Part shown: one piece after another, positions 41,350-52,210 of the stretch
Position numbering within the stretch: position 1 is the first letter of the stretch
Layout: every line of letters begins with the position of its first letter
Assembly (NCBI RefSeq): GCF_009834535.1
Contig: NC_045696.1
Span: 113,524,001-113,588,000, forward strand
Origin: Camelus ferus
Lineage: Eukaryota
Direction: 5' to 3'
Length of the DNA: 64,000 nt
Program-made: the position numbers and the translations under genes
The notes under the pieces: generated by a model
The model's database searches: none
Seen by the model: the letters and a program-made list of their open reading frames with translations, nothing else
What the model was told of the DNA's origin: nothing

Positions 41350-43224
41350 AAAAAAATCTACTAAACATAATACAGAATATTAAGGATTTAACTTGATGTG
41401 TTTATACATTATAACTTTATTAGCAATTGCATTTCACACAAGTTTTGAAGTTCAATAACTTCTCAAATACTTTTGCCAAGTAAAGTGCTAAAATTACTGA
41501 ACACAAGCAGTGCACCTTCAAGAGAAGCAATTCTTCCACTGATTTGCAATAATCAATGGTTTATTGACAAGCTGCTACATGCCAACTGCTATGTACTAAT
41601 GTATTTAAATTTAAAACCATACACTGAATACTGACTGAAGGCAGTCCTACAAAAGATTAATATCTAAGATATATTAATTGAAAGCCAATTATTTAACGCA
41701 TTCAAAATATAATTCATGGATGATGAAATTACAACTTGATAAGAACCAAGCTATCAAGCTCCCGTGCTGAGTAACATTTTTAAAAATTATAAAAAATAAA
41801 CATGCATACATTCAATACATCATTTAATTCAAACATTTTAATTGGAAGCTCATGTCAAAAAGTTTCCCCAAACTAATTATCCATTTCCATCTCAAATAAT
41901 AATGTACATTAAAATATTAAATAAGCCAATCACATAAGGTACCAACACAAACCATGAAACCAAATTCACTTAAGTCAGCTGAATATCGGGGTTACTGTAA
42001 AACATTCTGTCAATACCACTAGTAAGCCAACCAGAAGTAGGAAATGTAGTTTTTATTACCTAATCAGCCCTACTGCAAAATGTTTTCAGAAAATGAGGCA
42101 GTTTTTATTTTTAAAAGTCAACGTAACACACATTTCTCCTGTAGAATAAGAATGCCTAGTGTTTTCTCTGAAATGGAAGAGATTTTTTTCAAAATGTTTC
42201 AGTATGCTGACGGTTCGCCACCAACCACCAAACACCAGTTAGTATCCACCAGGTTTGGTGCTTCCCCTGACCCCCAAGTCAGACTCAAAGGTTTCACCTC
42301 GAAGGGGTAATTAGGAGGGTTTTCCAAGGATAAGCAGCTCTACACGGTCAGTAGCACAAATCCCTCACTTTCAACTAAAATGGTACGAAACTAAAGTGTA
42401 CTTCTTTGATTTTTAAAAAGTGATTAATCCCATGAAAACCTTTAAATTGTTTACAAGTTTAAATTTGACTAGTTATTCATAAGAAAGCCATTTATGCTTT
42501 GATAAATGTTACTAGTTCTGAAACCAGGCTTTAAAAACTTTGTAATTTGATTCGCTAGAGCTGTCTGAACTCACAGGAGACACACACAGAAGAGGCATGA
42601 TACCAAACAGGTGGTAACAACCTAGCACGGATCCACCACGGGGAACGCCCATGCATTCAACACAACCAACCAAGGGAAGCTACAGGTTTCCACCTGAACA
42701 GCGGTTCTACCAAAAGAAAAAAGAAAAACATCACCACCCTAAGTCTTATCCATTTCTCCACTGTTTAGAACAATAGTCTGAAAAGATTCTTAACGCCCTG
42801 AGAGAAATCCTCCAGAATGATAGTTTAAGAGCATTTTAAACTCAAAATGACTTACTTTGCTGACAAAACAAGACAAAATTTTACCAAAGAACACCCTACA
42901 CCAGACCAATATTAATTTAAGCACATGCTACCGAAATGGCAATATTAAAGTTTCCATTTAATCCACTAACCAGTTTAGAAAGTTCAGTGTTAATAAGTAA
43001 AATACTTCACTTAGCTTTTCAACCTGAATATTTACTTCCACATGCTCATTTTAAATTCTGTGTATAGCCATCTGAATTATTTCCTCGCCAGGAACAGCTA
43101 CCTCTACCTATCTGTTTAGTACACTTCTGAACTCTCACATCCCATTCCAATGCCAGTCCTCAGAACTAAGAATTAGGTTAACTGTTATACTTAACTTTTA
43201 AACTATGGGAATAATAGAATTCAA

Positions 43225-43431
43225 CTATTAATCGCTCTCAAATGGCTCTATTGTAATATATAATAAGTCCTTCCTCACTTCACTGTTGATTCAGTAAAAC
43301 TAAGTCTTCCACCTTGACTCAAGAGTAGCCAAATGGCTAGTCTAAATAAAATCAAGTCACCAACAAACCCTTCAAAGGCTGGTATCAAATTGTTTTCAAA
43401 CTGAGACACGTACGTATACAGACCAAGTAAA
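43225..43431 (+). repeat. 207-bp direct repeat, copy B (identical to 41143-41349)
   Basis: Same 207-bp sequence as copy A with different flanks on both sides. Confidence 0.95.
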
Positions 43432-43972
43432 GCAGTTTCAAGGAAAAGCATCCCTATGGAAAAGTTTAAATCTATAAAATAAAGCAAAATCTTTTTATCA
43501 AAGTCACAAATTATTTTCTGAATTGGTATGCCCAAAATCCAACACAAAATTTATATGTAATAAGTTTGAGGATCCAGTGTTTGATTTAACTTTATGCTCT
43601 ATTAACTTAGTAAAGCACTTGAATAACAGATTAAGATAGCAAAGCGATTTTCTAAACTAAAACCTACCTAAGCATCTTATGACCTGTCAAAGATCCAAGA
43701 CTAGGCAAGCAAATATCTTTGAATACATCTGACAGTTCTGTTTCATATATATAAAAGCGTCCACTCCAAATAAATCCATTACTTCTCTTCAACACAGTAC
43801 TGAAATGGTCAGCGGCTCATCAAAATATTATACTGAGGTTACTAAATTTCAGTCGTTAACTGATGCTGGCACCCAAACAAACATTAACCAAAGAACAAAA
43901 GCAAAACTTTATAATAATAAAAGAAAAAAATAGATAAAAATTTAACAAGAAGAAAATGGAAAGGGAGCTCAC

Positions 43973-44023
43973 CTGCAGTTAGGTGGAGGGTCTAAAGTGA
44001 TGTCTGCCAGTTCCTTCTGAATC
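43973..44023 (-). CDS. UBE2E1: UBE2E1 exon 3 (51 nt; start of the UBC fold, helix 1)
   Basis: Acceptor tctctctgtcttcAG|G, encodes (R)IQKELADITLDPPPNC, donor TGCAG|GTGAGC. Phase 2-2, joins exon 2 in frame (AG+G = Arg). Typical UBE2E family sequence. Confidence 0.97.
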
Positions 44024-44049
44024 CTGAAGACAGAGAGAAGGACATTTAG

Positions 44050-44960
44050 GCGTGGGTGGCCTCCACCTGCAAGGCCATCAAACCCACCCCGCCGGCCGCG
44101 ACCGCCTCTCCGGGGAAGAGGACCCGCACCCGAGGGCTGCAGTCCACGTGGAGGAAAGAACCTGCCCACCCAGGCAGGGAGTTCCAGCCGTGGTCTTCGG
44201 CACCCTCCAGCAGGCCTGGTTCGAACCTCGCCTCGCACACTAAGGCAGCGCTATTTCTCGGAGTTTTCCATTTAGAAAATCATTCTGAAGCTCCTCACTA
44301 GTTTGCAGAATTGTATTAGAATGTGCGGGGCCACAGTCCCGCCAGCCCTGCACGGAGGAATCAGAGACCCGCGGCAGGGGATCGGGAGGACGCGCCCGCC
44401 TCGCAGGCCGCCCCACATCTCGGGTCCCCCCACCCCCGGCAGAGCGCCCCGCCAGGCAGCCCCACCCCTCGGGAGCCCCCCATCCCCAGCAGAGCGCCCC
44501 CCAAGGCCGCCCGCGTCCCCGGGGACGAAGCCAACATGGCCGCTCCCCGCGAGGCCCCGCGGGCGCTGACTGACCCGCCGCCGTCGGGGTTGGGGGGGTG
44601 CAGGCCGCACGGTGACCCCCCAGGTGAGCCGCCCCCGCCGCCGCCGCGCCCCGCCCCCACCCCGCGCACACACGGGCCCCGGGCGAAGTTGCGGGCTAAG
44701 TCGCGGCCCCCGACTCTCCGCCGCCGCGCCGGGACACCCCGGCCCGCGGCCCGCACAGGTGCACCGGCCGCCCGCTTGGCCCGCTCGGACTCCCGGCCCA
44801 CCTGCCCGGACCTGCTCTCGCCCGGACCCCCTCTCACTTCTGCACCCCACACTGGCACAGGGCCCGGGACACCGCCCCCCCCCCCCCCCCCGGTGTCCTA
44901 TCTCCGCACCAGCCCGCGACTTCACAAAGGGCCCATCCCCCACGCCTAGGCCGACGCCAC
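44050..44960. promoter_or_regulatory. Second, intragenic CpG island in intron 2 just upstream of exon 3 (probable alternative promoter)
   Basis: Dense CpG, GC boxes (ccgccc), YY1-like AACATGGCCGC at 44533-44543, separated from the main island by about 2.8 kb of AT-rich DNA. Confidence 0.85.
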
Positions 44961-47795
44961 CAGGCAGTTCACACCAGGCCCTGGCCTTTGTCTCCAGCTT
45001 ACCTAGGCGCTTGGAGCATCAATTAATACGACAAAGTTTGAGGCCTTTAAGCCTCTTCCACCTTCTGAACGGTGTCTTTCTGTTTCTCTAACCTTTCCTG
45101 CTCCTGTCATATAAAGCCCTAAAGGGCTATGTTACAACTTAAAAAGCTCACCGAGGCAGCACAGTAGTAAAAAACTAACACACGCTAACACACACACACA
45201 CTCTAAAAGCAACCACGATGGATGCTTTTCTCTTTCCAAACGTTTTCTGAGGATAGGAAGACAGGCTGCCTGGATGCAACTTTTCTATATATAAGTAAAG
45301 AGAAATTTACTTATGATTGGGGTGGTGATTAGCGAAGTTCTTTAAACTTTCCTACTGGAGGACACTTCCTGTCCCCTACAAATCTGGTCAACTTTAGAAA
45401 GGGGTTTTTACAATCTCTGACATCTACTTATCTGTGTCCTGCTCAATTCTATTGCTATCAATAAACCCTTCAGTTCTGAGACACTGTCTGACTCACTGTT
45501 GTGTTAGGCTAAAAGTCTGGAACCCTGGTTTCCTGACTCTTAACCTGCATCTACGAGAATGACTGTATCTGTTAGGACCTAGGTAAGTGGGCAAAAATAT
45601 CCTCCCCTGTGCACAACTGGTATAAAAATACATCTTCACTTCACTTCTTGCCAATCCAACCTCTCCTATAAAATATTCACTGAAAAAGTAGTCTCTTCTT
45701 TAATACCTGGAAAGTGCAATACCAGACAGCTTTATCCACTTCATCTCTGTAACAAACATCTGCACTGTTTCGACAGTACTGGTCAAAAGTTTGTAAGAGT
45801 AACTCATACATACGCTCCACAGTAATTCTTGCCTAGACCACCCTCAATGGCGTCTCTCCTTTACCCGTGTACTAGAAACTACTTTCCAATATGCAGTTAA
45901 GTAATCTGTCTGCCAATTCAGGCTTCTTTTTCATTCTATCTCCTGGTACATACGCCTTTTCCAATTCTATGGGCAACACCTACCTTCCAAATCAATATAT
46001 TTCCCAGAACAGCATTTATAGGGTCCCACTAACATCACTTTTACCCTTACTCTTTCCCACTATCCCTCTCCTATTTTTCATCTTTACTGTTAACCGTAGC
46101 CTTGCTTTATACTAACAGCCATTCTTTCAGCAAGATACTCAGGGACCTAAATAACCCTGTAAGTAAAATTACTGCGGGTAGCTTCCCACCTTTCATTTTT
46201 TTTTTTTACACCTTTCCCAAGCATTTCCAAATGAGTTTTTAACCTCCTCAGCATAAATGGACAAATTGTGTCTAATGAAAAACCCCCCTCTGTAATTTGC
46301 TGACACAAAGCAGACTATTTTATATTTGACACCCATACCTTTATCCTCAAATATATTCATATACACCAGGGATATCCAGCAAAATATAAAAATACTAATG
46401 ACCTCAAGCAAATATTCTGCCTTAGGTCAGGCCAAAAGCTGCCCTAGGAGGGATCAGGGAGCCCAGAGGCTGGGAAGAGAAGAGGGGAGATTAGGGAAGG
46501 CCCCATCAAACTGAGCAGGGTACCTGCCAGGCTCTGGGAGAACCAGCACAGGGCTAACCAAGGAGGGTCAGTTAGGAGTCCTGGGAAGATGAGATGCAAT
46601 CAGCCTAACCTTCTGAAAATGAGAACAATCTTGCCAAGGCATCTTGCCTCTTAACTCTGCACCTCTACGCTGTTTAAAACAAGCTAGTCATTCCTTCAAC
46701 CTCCTATGGTTAGATCCCCAAAGCACTTAACCAGCCTTCCAAATTTCAGGCCAGGGAGAACGTTCAAGCTGAGTTTGGGCTCATTTCTCAGTGGAAAGAT
46801 CTAAAGCCTCATGTTCCATTTTATTTTACATGCTGTTAAGATAACTCTAACCTACCATTTGTAATCCTTCCTACCTTTCTGGTTTGCCACTTTAAAGTTT
46901 AATGACTGAATGTCTGACAACAGGATTTATGAAAGGGTTTGTGGGGTTCCCACGAATCTGCCATAGATCACTTTAAGGGTCATGGGGATCAGACGATATT
47001 ACTGAAGGATGATGTAGGTAAAAAGTACCTTCTTCTCGACACATGACAGGAAGAGAGAAAAGAAAAAGCCACTGCTTGAATTCAACTTGAATAAAAACAT
47101 TTACAGCATGAGACGAAATAGCATGAAAAAATTGGAGTTTCCCTGAAATTTGGTAAATTTAAGTTCTCAAAGAGAACAAAAAAGAATCTCCAAAATCTCT
47201 TAGCCTAGAATAACCACTTTACATCATTTATTCATTCAACTAGCCTAAACTCTCCAAGTCAGAAAAATCTCTCAAAATTCCATCCGAAAACACCTATCTC
47301 CACCTATTAAATTTTTCACTCTAATATGAGTTATTTATTCCTTATGCAATTTGTGGAGAAAGCTCTATTCAAAACAGATCATATGTGCAACAGGTGAGGA
47401 GGAAGTGAGAAGAATTCATTGTGATAGAGTTGTCTGGACAGGTATTAGTAATTAGGTGGGATGACAGCCTTGGGGAGGGTCACAGATTAGTGATTAACAG
47501 GATAAGTAATTTGAAATCAGATTTGGGGGTCACTAATAATAGTAATGAGGATTCTTACAAACTTCAGCAAGAGAAGGGAAAGGCAAGCCACAACGCTACA
47601 TGTGGACAAGGATTAAACGAAAAAGACAGAAGCAATAGAGAAAAATAATTAAGGCCTCCAAGGCCCTATTTTTCCTTTTTAAGAACACATGAACAGTGAG
47701 GAACGTTTTAAACTGCCCTCGTTGGAGGCAGACCGAAGGCAGCAAGAGGCAGTCCGGGAAATAGGAAGCCTGCTGGGGGTGGGGGGTTACGGTAC

Positions 47796-47947
47796 CTCTT
47801 GGCGCTGGTGGAGAGGAGTTTGGAGTTTTTGCTCATGCTGACTTTACTCTCCTTCTTCTTGGGGGTGTTTGTTTCTTTCTCGGTTTGCTGGTTGGAGGAC
47901 GACGATGAGGAGGAGCTGGTGCTGGCCCTCGAATCGTCATCCGACAT
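47796..47947 (-). CDS. UBE2E1: UBE2E1 coding part of exon 2 (first coding exon; Ser-rich disordered N-terminal extension)
   Basis: Translates MSDDDSRASTSSSSSSSSNQQTEKETNTPKKKESKVSMSKNSKLLSTSAK(R), recognised as the UBE2E1/UbcH6 N-terminus. 152 nt, ends at phase-2 donor AAGAG|GTACC. The exon starts at 47980 after acceptor ttccctccccctgcAG, giving 33 nt of UTR. Confidence 0.97.
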
Positions 47948-49069
47948 AGCGAACCCCCCACCCCACCCCGCAAACTGCCCCTGCAGGGGGAGGGAAACAA
48001 AACAGAAACACACAAACCATGCGGCCAGTGTAAATAAGGAACTCGGGTGCTGTCAGGAGGGCTTTGGCCCGGGGTACACCCGGCCGCCCACCGCCCTCCA
48101 CTCGCTTTTCAAAGTCTTCAGGCCCATCTCGGCTCTCGCAAATCGGACGCGGCTTGTTTGTTTATTTTTTGCCCTAAGTGGGGGACGCAGTGGGAAAACG
48201 GTCGGGAGCGCAGCTAGCAGCCCCTCCCTCGCCCCCCCCGGGGCTCCCCTCGGGGCAGGGAGGGGAGCGGGCGGGCGGGGGCACTGGGAGCCCGGCCGGG
48301 GCAAGCAGGGAAGGTCCGGGCGGTCGGCCGGCCTCTGGCTGTTTTCGTCCGCTTTCCGGGGGTCGCGGGGAGGCGGGGGGCCAGGAGCAGAGTTTGGCGA
48401 GGTCGGGAGGAGAGGAGGAAGGAGAGGAGTAAGAGAGGAAGCCGAAACGGGGGGACGGAGGCGGGGAGCGGGTGCCCGAGTGGGGGAAGGGAGAGGCCGG
48501 CGGGGGGGGGGGCCGGGGCGACGAGGCCCAAGGCCCCCGCCGCGCCCCGACGCCCCTCCGCGCCGCCCGCCCCCCGGCCGTCCGGCTCGGGGCTGCGCGG
48601 TAGGGGCGGGGGTCCCGAGCACACGCCCGATCGGCACCCCCGGTGGGGGTGGGGGTGCGCGGGGACTCGGCCTCCTTGGCGAAGGAATAACAATGAGCTT
48701 GTCCGCCCGGGAGGGGTTAATCCCCGCGGGCCCCCGCCCCGGGGGAAAACGGGGCTCCCCCGCCTCCCCTCCCCCGCTCCCGGCCCCCTGGGCGGCCAGT
48801 GGGGGGCTCCCAGGGCAGCGCTGACAGTTCGAGCCCCAGTGCCCCCCTCCACCCCCGACGCCGGCGGCCCCCGCACCCCACGCGGCCCGGGGTCCCGGGC
48901 CCATCCCCCGCGGGCGGGCCCGGACCCCCGGGGCTCCCCGGCCCCTCTCCGCTCCCCCGGCCCCGTGCCCGGCGGCCCGGGCGGCGCGGGTCGGGGGAGA
49001 CGGCGAGGGGTGTCCCCGAGGCCCGGCGGCGCGGCCGGGGGGCGGCGGGCGGCAGGGGGATCCCCGTAC

Positions 49070-49200
49070 CTCTCTTTGTGTCTGGCTGCTCCGTGCCGCC
49101 GCGGCGGCTGCTGCTGCGGCTGCGGCTGGGCCTGGCCACTCGTGTCTCTCTCTCGCTGGGAGAGAAGCGGAAGTGCAGCAACAGCAACTATTAAACAGGC
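49070..49200 (-). other. UBE2E1: UBE2E1 non-coding exon 1 (5' UTR); transcription start approximate
   Basis: Minus strand gtttaatagttgctgttgctgcacttccgcttctc...gccagacacaaagagAG|GTACGG matches my recollection of the mammalian UBE2E1 mRNA leader. Donor GT at 49069-49068, no ATG in the exon, lies in the CpG island. Confidence 0.8.
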
Positions 49201-51980
49201 AATGGCTTCCCCCAGCCACACACGCTCGCACACACACTCCTCCTCCTCCCCCCTCCCTCCCTCTTCCCCTCCCCCACCCGGCCCGGTCCCACCCACCCGC
49301 GCTCCCCTCCCCCTGCACACCTCCGGGGGGGCGCAAGGGGCCCACGGGGGACCCCGGGAAGCCCTGCTCCTCCCCACCCACACCCGACCCCGGCGCCTCC
49401 TCGGGACGCGGGGCAAGGGGGCGAGGGGTGTGAATTTCCTCCCTAGTGGTTTGGGGGACCCCGGATCGTGGACTGGAGAGGGGAAGCCGTTCGGAGACTC
49501 GGGGCGCTGGGAACTGTATGGAACAGGGTGATCACGAGAGGACCTTTTTCCAAAAAGGGCTTTTGGAAAGGGGGGGCGTTGGCAAATAGGTGAAAAAGAT
49601 GGTAATCTGGTGGCCAGGATTTTGGACTAGAGAATGCCGCTGGGACTTCTCCTAAAAAGTGATCAGCTTAAGGGGAAAAAAGAAATCCCACAACGGGGTT
49701 TCCTTTGGGCTGACACTGGCAATTTACCTGCTAGGAGCAGAGGTCGGTTTAGGCACGCCTGTGAGAAAATCCCAGGATAGGAGTTTTCTGCTCAGGCACG
49801 TGCAATTTTACAATTTTAGATTCTTCCAGTCACTTTTTATAGAAGGATGTGGTGTTTTATAAAAGCGATATAAAGGATTTCGTGACAGATAAAACCAACC
49901 AATGTGTGCAGGTTTACAAATGTGAGAAATCAATGGGAATAAACCCTATACTACTGACTTTAGACTGGATTTAGAATTTTTAGTGTCGGAAATTGGATTA
50001 AAAGTTTTGAGGACTGCTGTGCCTTCTTCAGCTACGATATAAATGCTATTCAAATAATCATTGTATTTTTATAACCCCTCTAATTTCTTCTGAATTGTTC
50101 CATCTTTAGCATTTTTACCAAGATTAATTTTTTTACAATTAAGCCATCAAATTACAATTTAGTTTCTCACTTATTTGTCATTTCAACGGAAGGAAACTGA
50201 AGTGATATGTATCACGTCACAATTACTATGTCTGGTACATTAAGCAACTGCCCAGTCAGATTTCCATGGGCCACTCTAAATTATCTCATTCAAATTGCCA
50301 TCCTTTTCCATGGCAACAGTGGCTTCAGTTACCACAGGACAACACAAGATATAAAACTCGTGGTATATTCACTAACCAGGAAAACAAGCATTCTTACCAC
50401 CCACCCAAACTCCTTCTAGCCCTTAACATAAGACTTCTTGCTCAATACGCACCAGGAAACCTGTATTGACCAGGAATTGTCATAGAATTAAGGGGTCCAG
50501 AAGCTAGAAAAACCATATAGGTCCTCATTTCAGCCTCCAACTTCCTACCTCCAGACAGCTGTCCCTCAGTCACTCGAATGCCTAGAAATTTTGAAAATTC
50601 CCTAGATGTGTTTGGTTTCAGGAGTCCTGGTAGTATAAAAGCAATGACCGTCCCCACTGTATGTTATTCGAAAACCACCCAAAAACATCTCCTTCAAACC
50701 AGGTTGGATACTTTTTGAACTTCTGATGAAAAAGATAGAAATTCAAGAGAAAACAATAAGCAAACACAAAGTAAACTTGGTTGGGATGAAAAAAATAATC
50801 TAAAGACAGTTATTAAAATGGAGACTTCCTCTTACGAAAATTTGGGTTCCTGATACTTTAAAATAAACATGTACACTATAAGTCCAACCCGCAAAGACAT
50901 ATATATATAAAGACGAAGGCTGGCAGAGAATACAGGAAAATAAAGGATTTGATTTGTTGATATGATTAGGATGGTGGGTGAGTTTTTTTCTTTAATTTTG
51001 GTTTGCATTAATCGTACACTTAGATACTAACTATAATAATATTTTTTAAAAAATCTGAACGTGATAGTCTGTGTTTTGTTGTTGATGCTTGGATTGAATT
51101 AGTCCCTGGAGAAATAAATCGTGTAATGGAAGGGCTCATCCTCTGTAGGGAAGTGCTCACCAGTCTGGAGGGACACTAGCTCTCTTTTGTGTACAGAGTC
51201 TTTCTTATCTCTAACCCTGGTTAGTGCTTTATGGTTTGGGAATGACCTACTGAAGGGAAATAAAAACCTCAAAATGTTTAGAAAAGAATCCACTCATTTC
51301 AAAAGAGTATTCTTTAGGTCAGATTATTTTAAATATACAATTGTCTCAGTCATAAAAAAAATAATAATTCATTTGTAACCCTCCTCTTGTACTTCTTAGC
51401 TACAAGGCCTAAGGAGCTAAACTGACCTCTCTAAGCCTCACTTCCTCATCTATGATGGGCAATATCTGCGCTGTACTGACTGGCAAGTTGTGAGAAGGAT
51501 CAAATGGGTATCTGTAATAAAGGTGGTTTATTAACCGTTACGCAAAGTGAAGTATTAATCTCACCCTGATCGTACTTCTCAGGAGTTTTGTTAGGACGCG
51601 GGGTCTTTATGACTTCAAATTGATGGCAGTATAAGAAATCTCCTAAGAAAAAGATAAGGTCAAGAAATCTTAGGATTTTATTTATTGGAAGGGGCCTAAG
51701 ATATCTTCAAGTTACAGGTGAAGAAATTAAGGCAAAGAAACCAGTGTGTCTTGTCCAAGGTCAAGCAGTTAGTCGGTGGCAGAATTGTGGCTGTGGCCAG
51801 CAGTGGCCACAGATGATTTTGTCAGTTCTGACGATGTTGGAGGGTGGAGAAGAGTCTCGATTACTTTAAAGAACAGTATATTAAATATAAAAGAACTCTG
51901 ATAATATTTCCAAGAACATATTAGCGATCAAGACAGTTGGGAAAAAGGAAAAATTGGAAGCAACTTAAGGGAATCACTGA

Positions 51981-52210
51981 TTTTTTTTTTTTTTTAATTG
52001 AAGTACAGTCAGTTACAATGTGTCACTTTCTGGTGTACAGCACAATGTCCCAGTCGTACATATACATACCTATATTCATTTTCATATTATTTTTCACTAA
52101 AAGTTATTACAAGATACTGAATATAGTTCCCTGTGCTCTACAGAAGAAATTTGGTTTTTTAAATCTATTATTTTCATATATAGTGGCTAACATTTGCAAA
52201 TCTCAAATAT
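51981..52210 (-). mobile_element. Young L1 3' terminus
   Basis: Poly-T then aattgaagtacagtcagttacaatgtgtcactttctggtgtacagcaca...atagttccctgtgct; antisense of the family at 8189 and 29560. Confidence 0.88.

Larger units (their letters stand above)
1..43972 (-). other. UBE2E1: UBE2E1 intron 3 (partial; continues beyond the left edge)
   Basis: Begins GTGAG after exon 3. I did not find the next UBC exon (SAGPKGDNIYEWRSTI...) in the ORF track or by reading. Repeat-rich. Confidence 0.85.
47750..49510. promoter_or_regulatory. CpG island promoter of UBE2E1
   Basis: Very GC- and CpG-rich stretch covering exon 1, intron 1 and exon 2. ETS motif CGGAAGTG at 49168-49175 and multiple GC boxes. Confidence 0.92.

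Noticed and set aside
44240..45091. ORFs of 143-223 aa in the intron-2 island
   Set aside because: Same GC-composition artefact; only short sub-segments bounded by splice signals were kept as leads.
47799..49531. Long overlapping ORFs of 230-442 aa on both strands in the promoter region
   Set aside because: Low-complexity Gly/Pro/Arg/Ala translations expected from stop-poor CpG-island DNA; they cross splice sites and show no recognisable domain.
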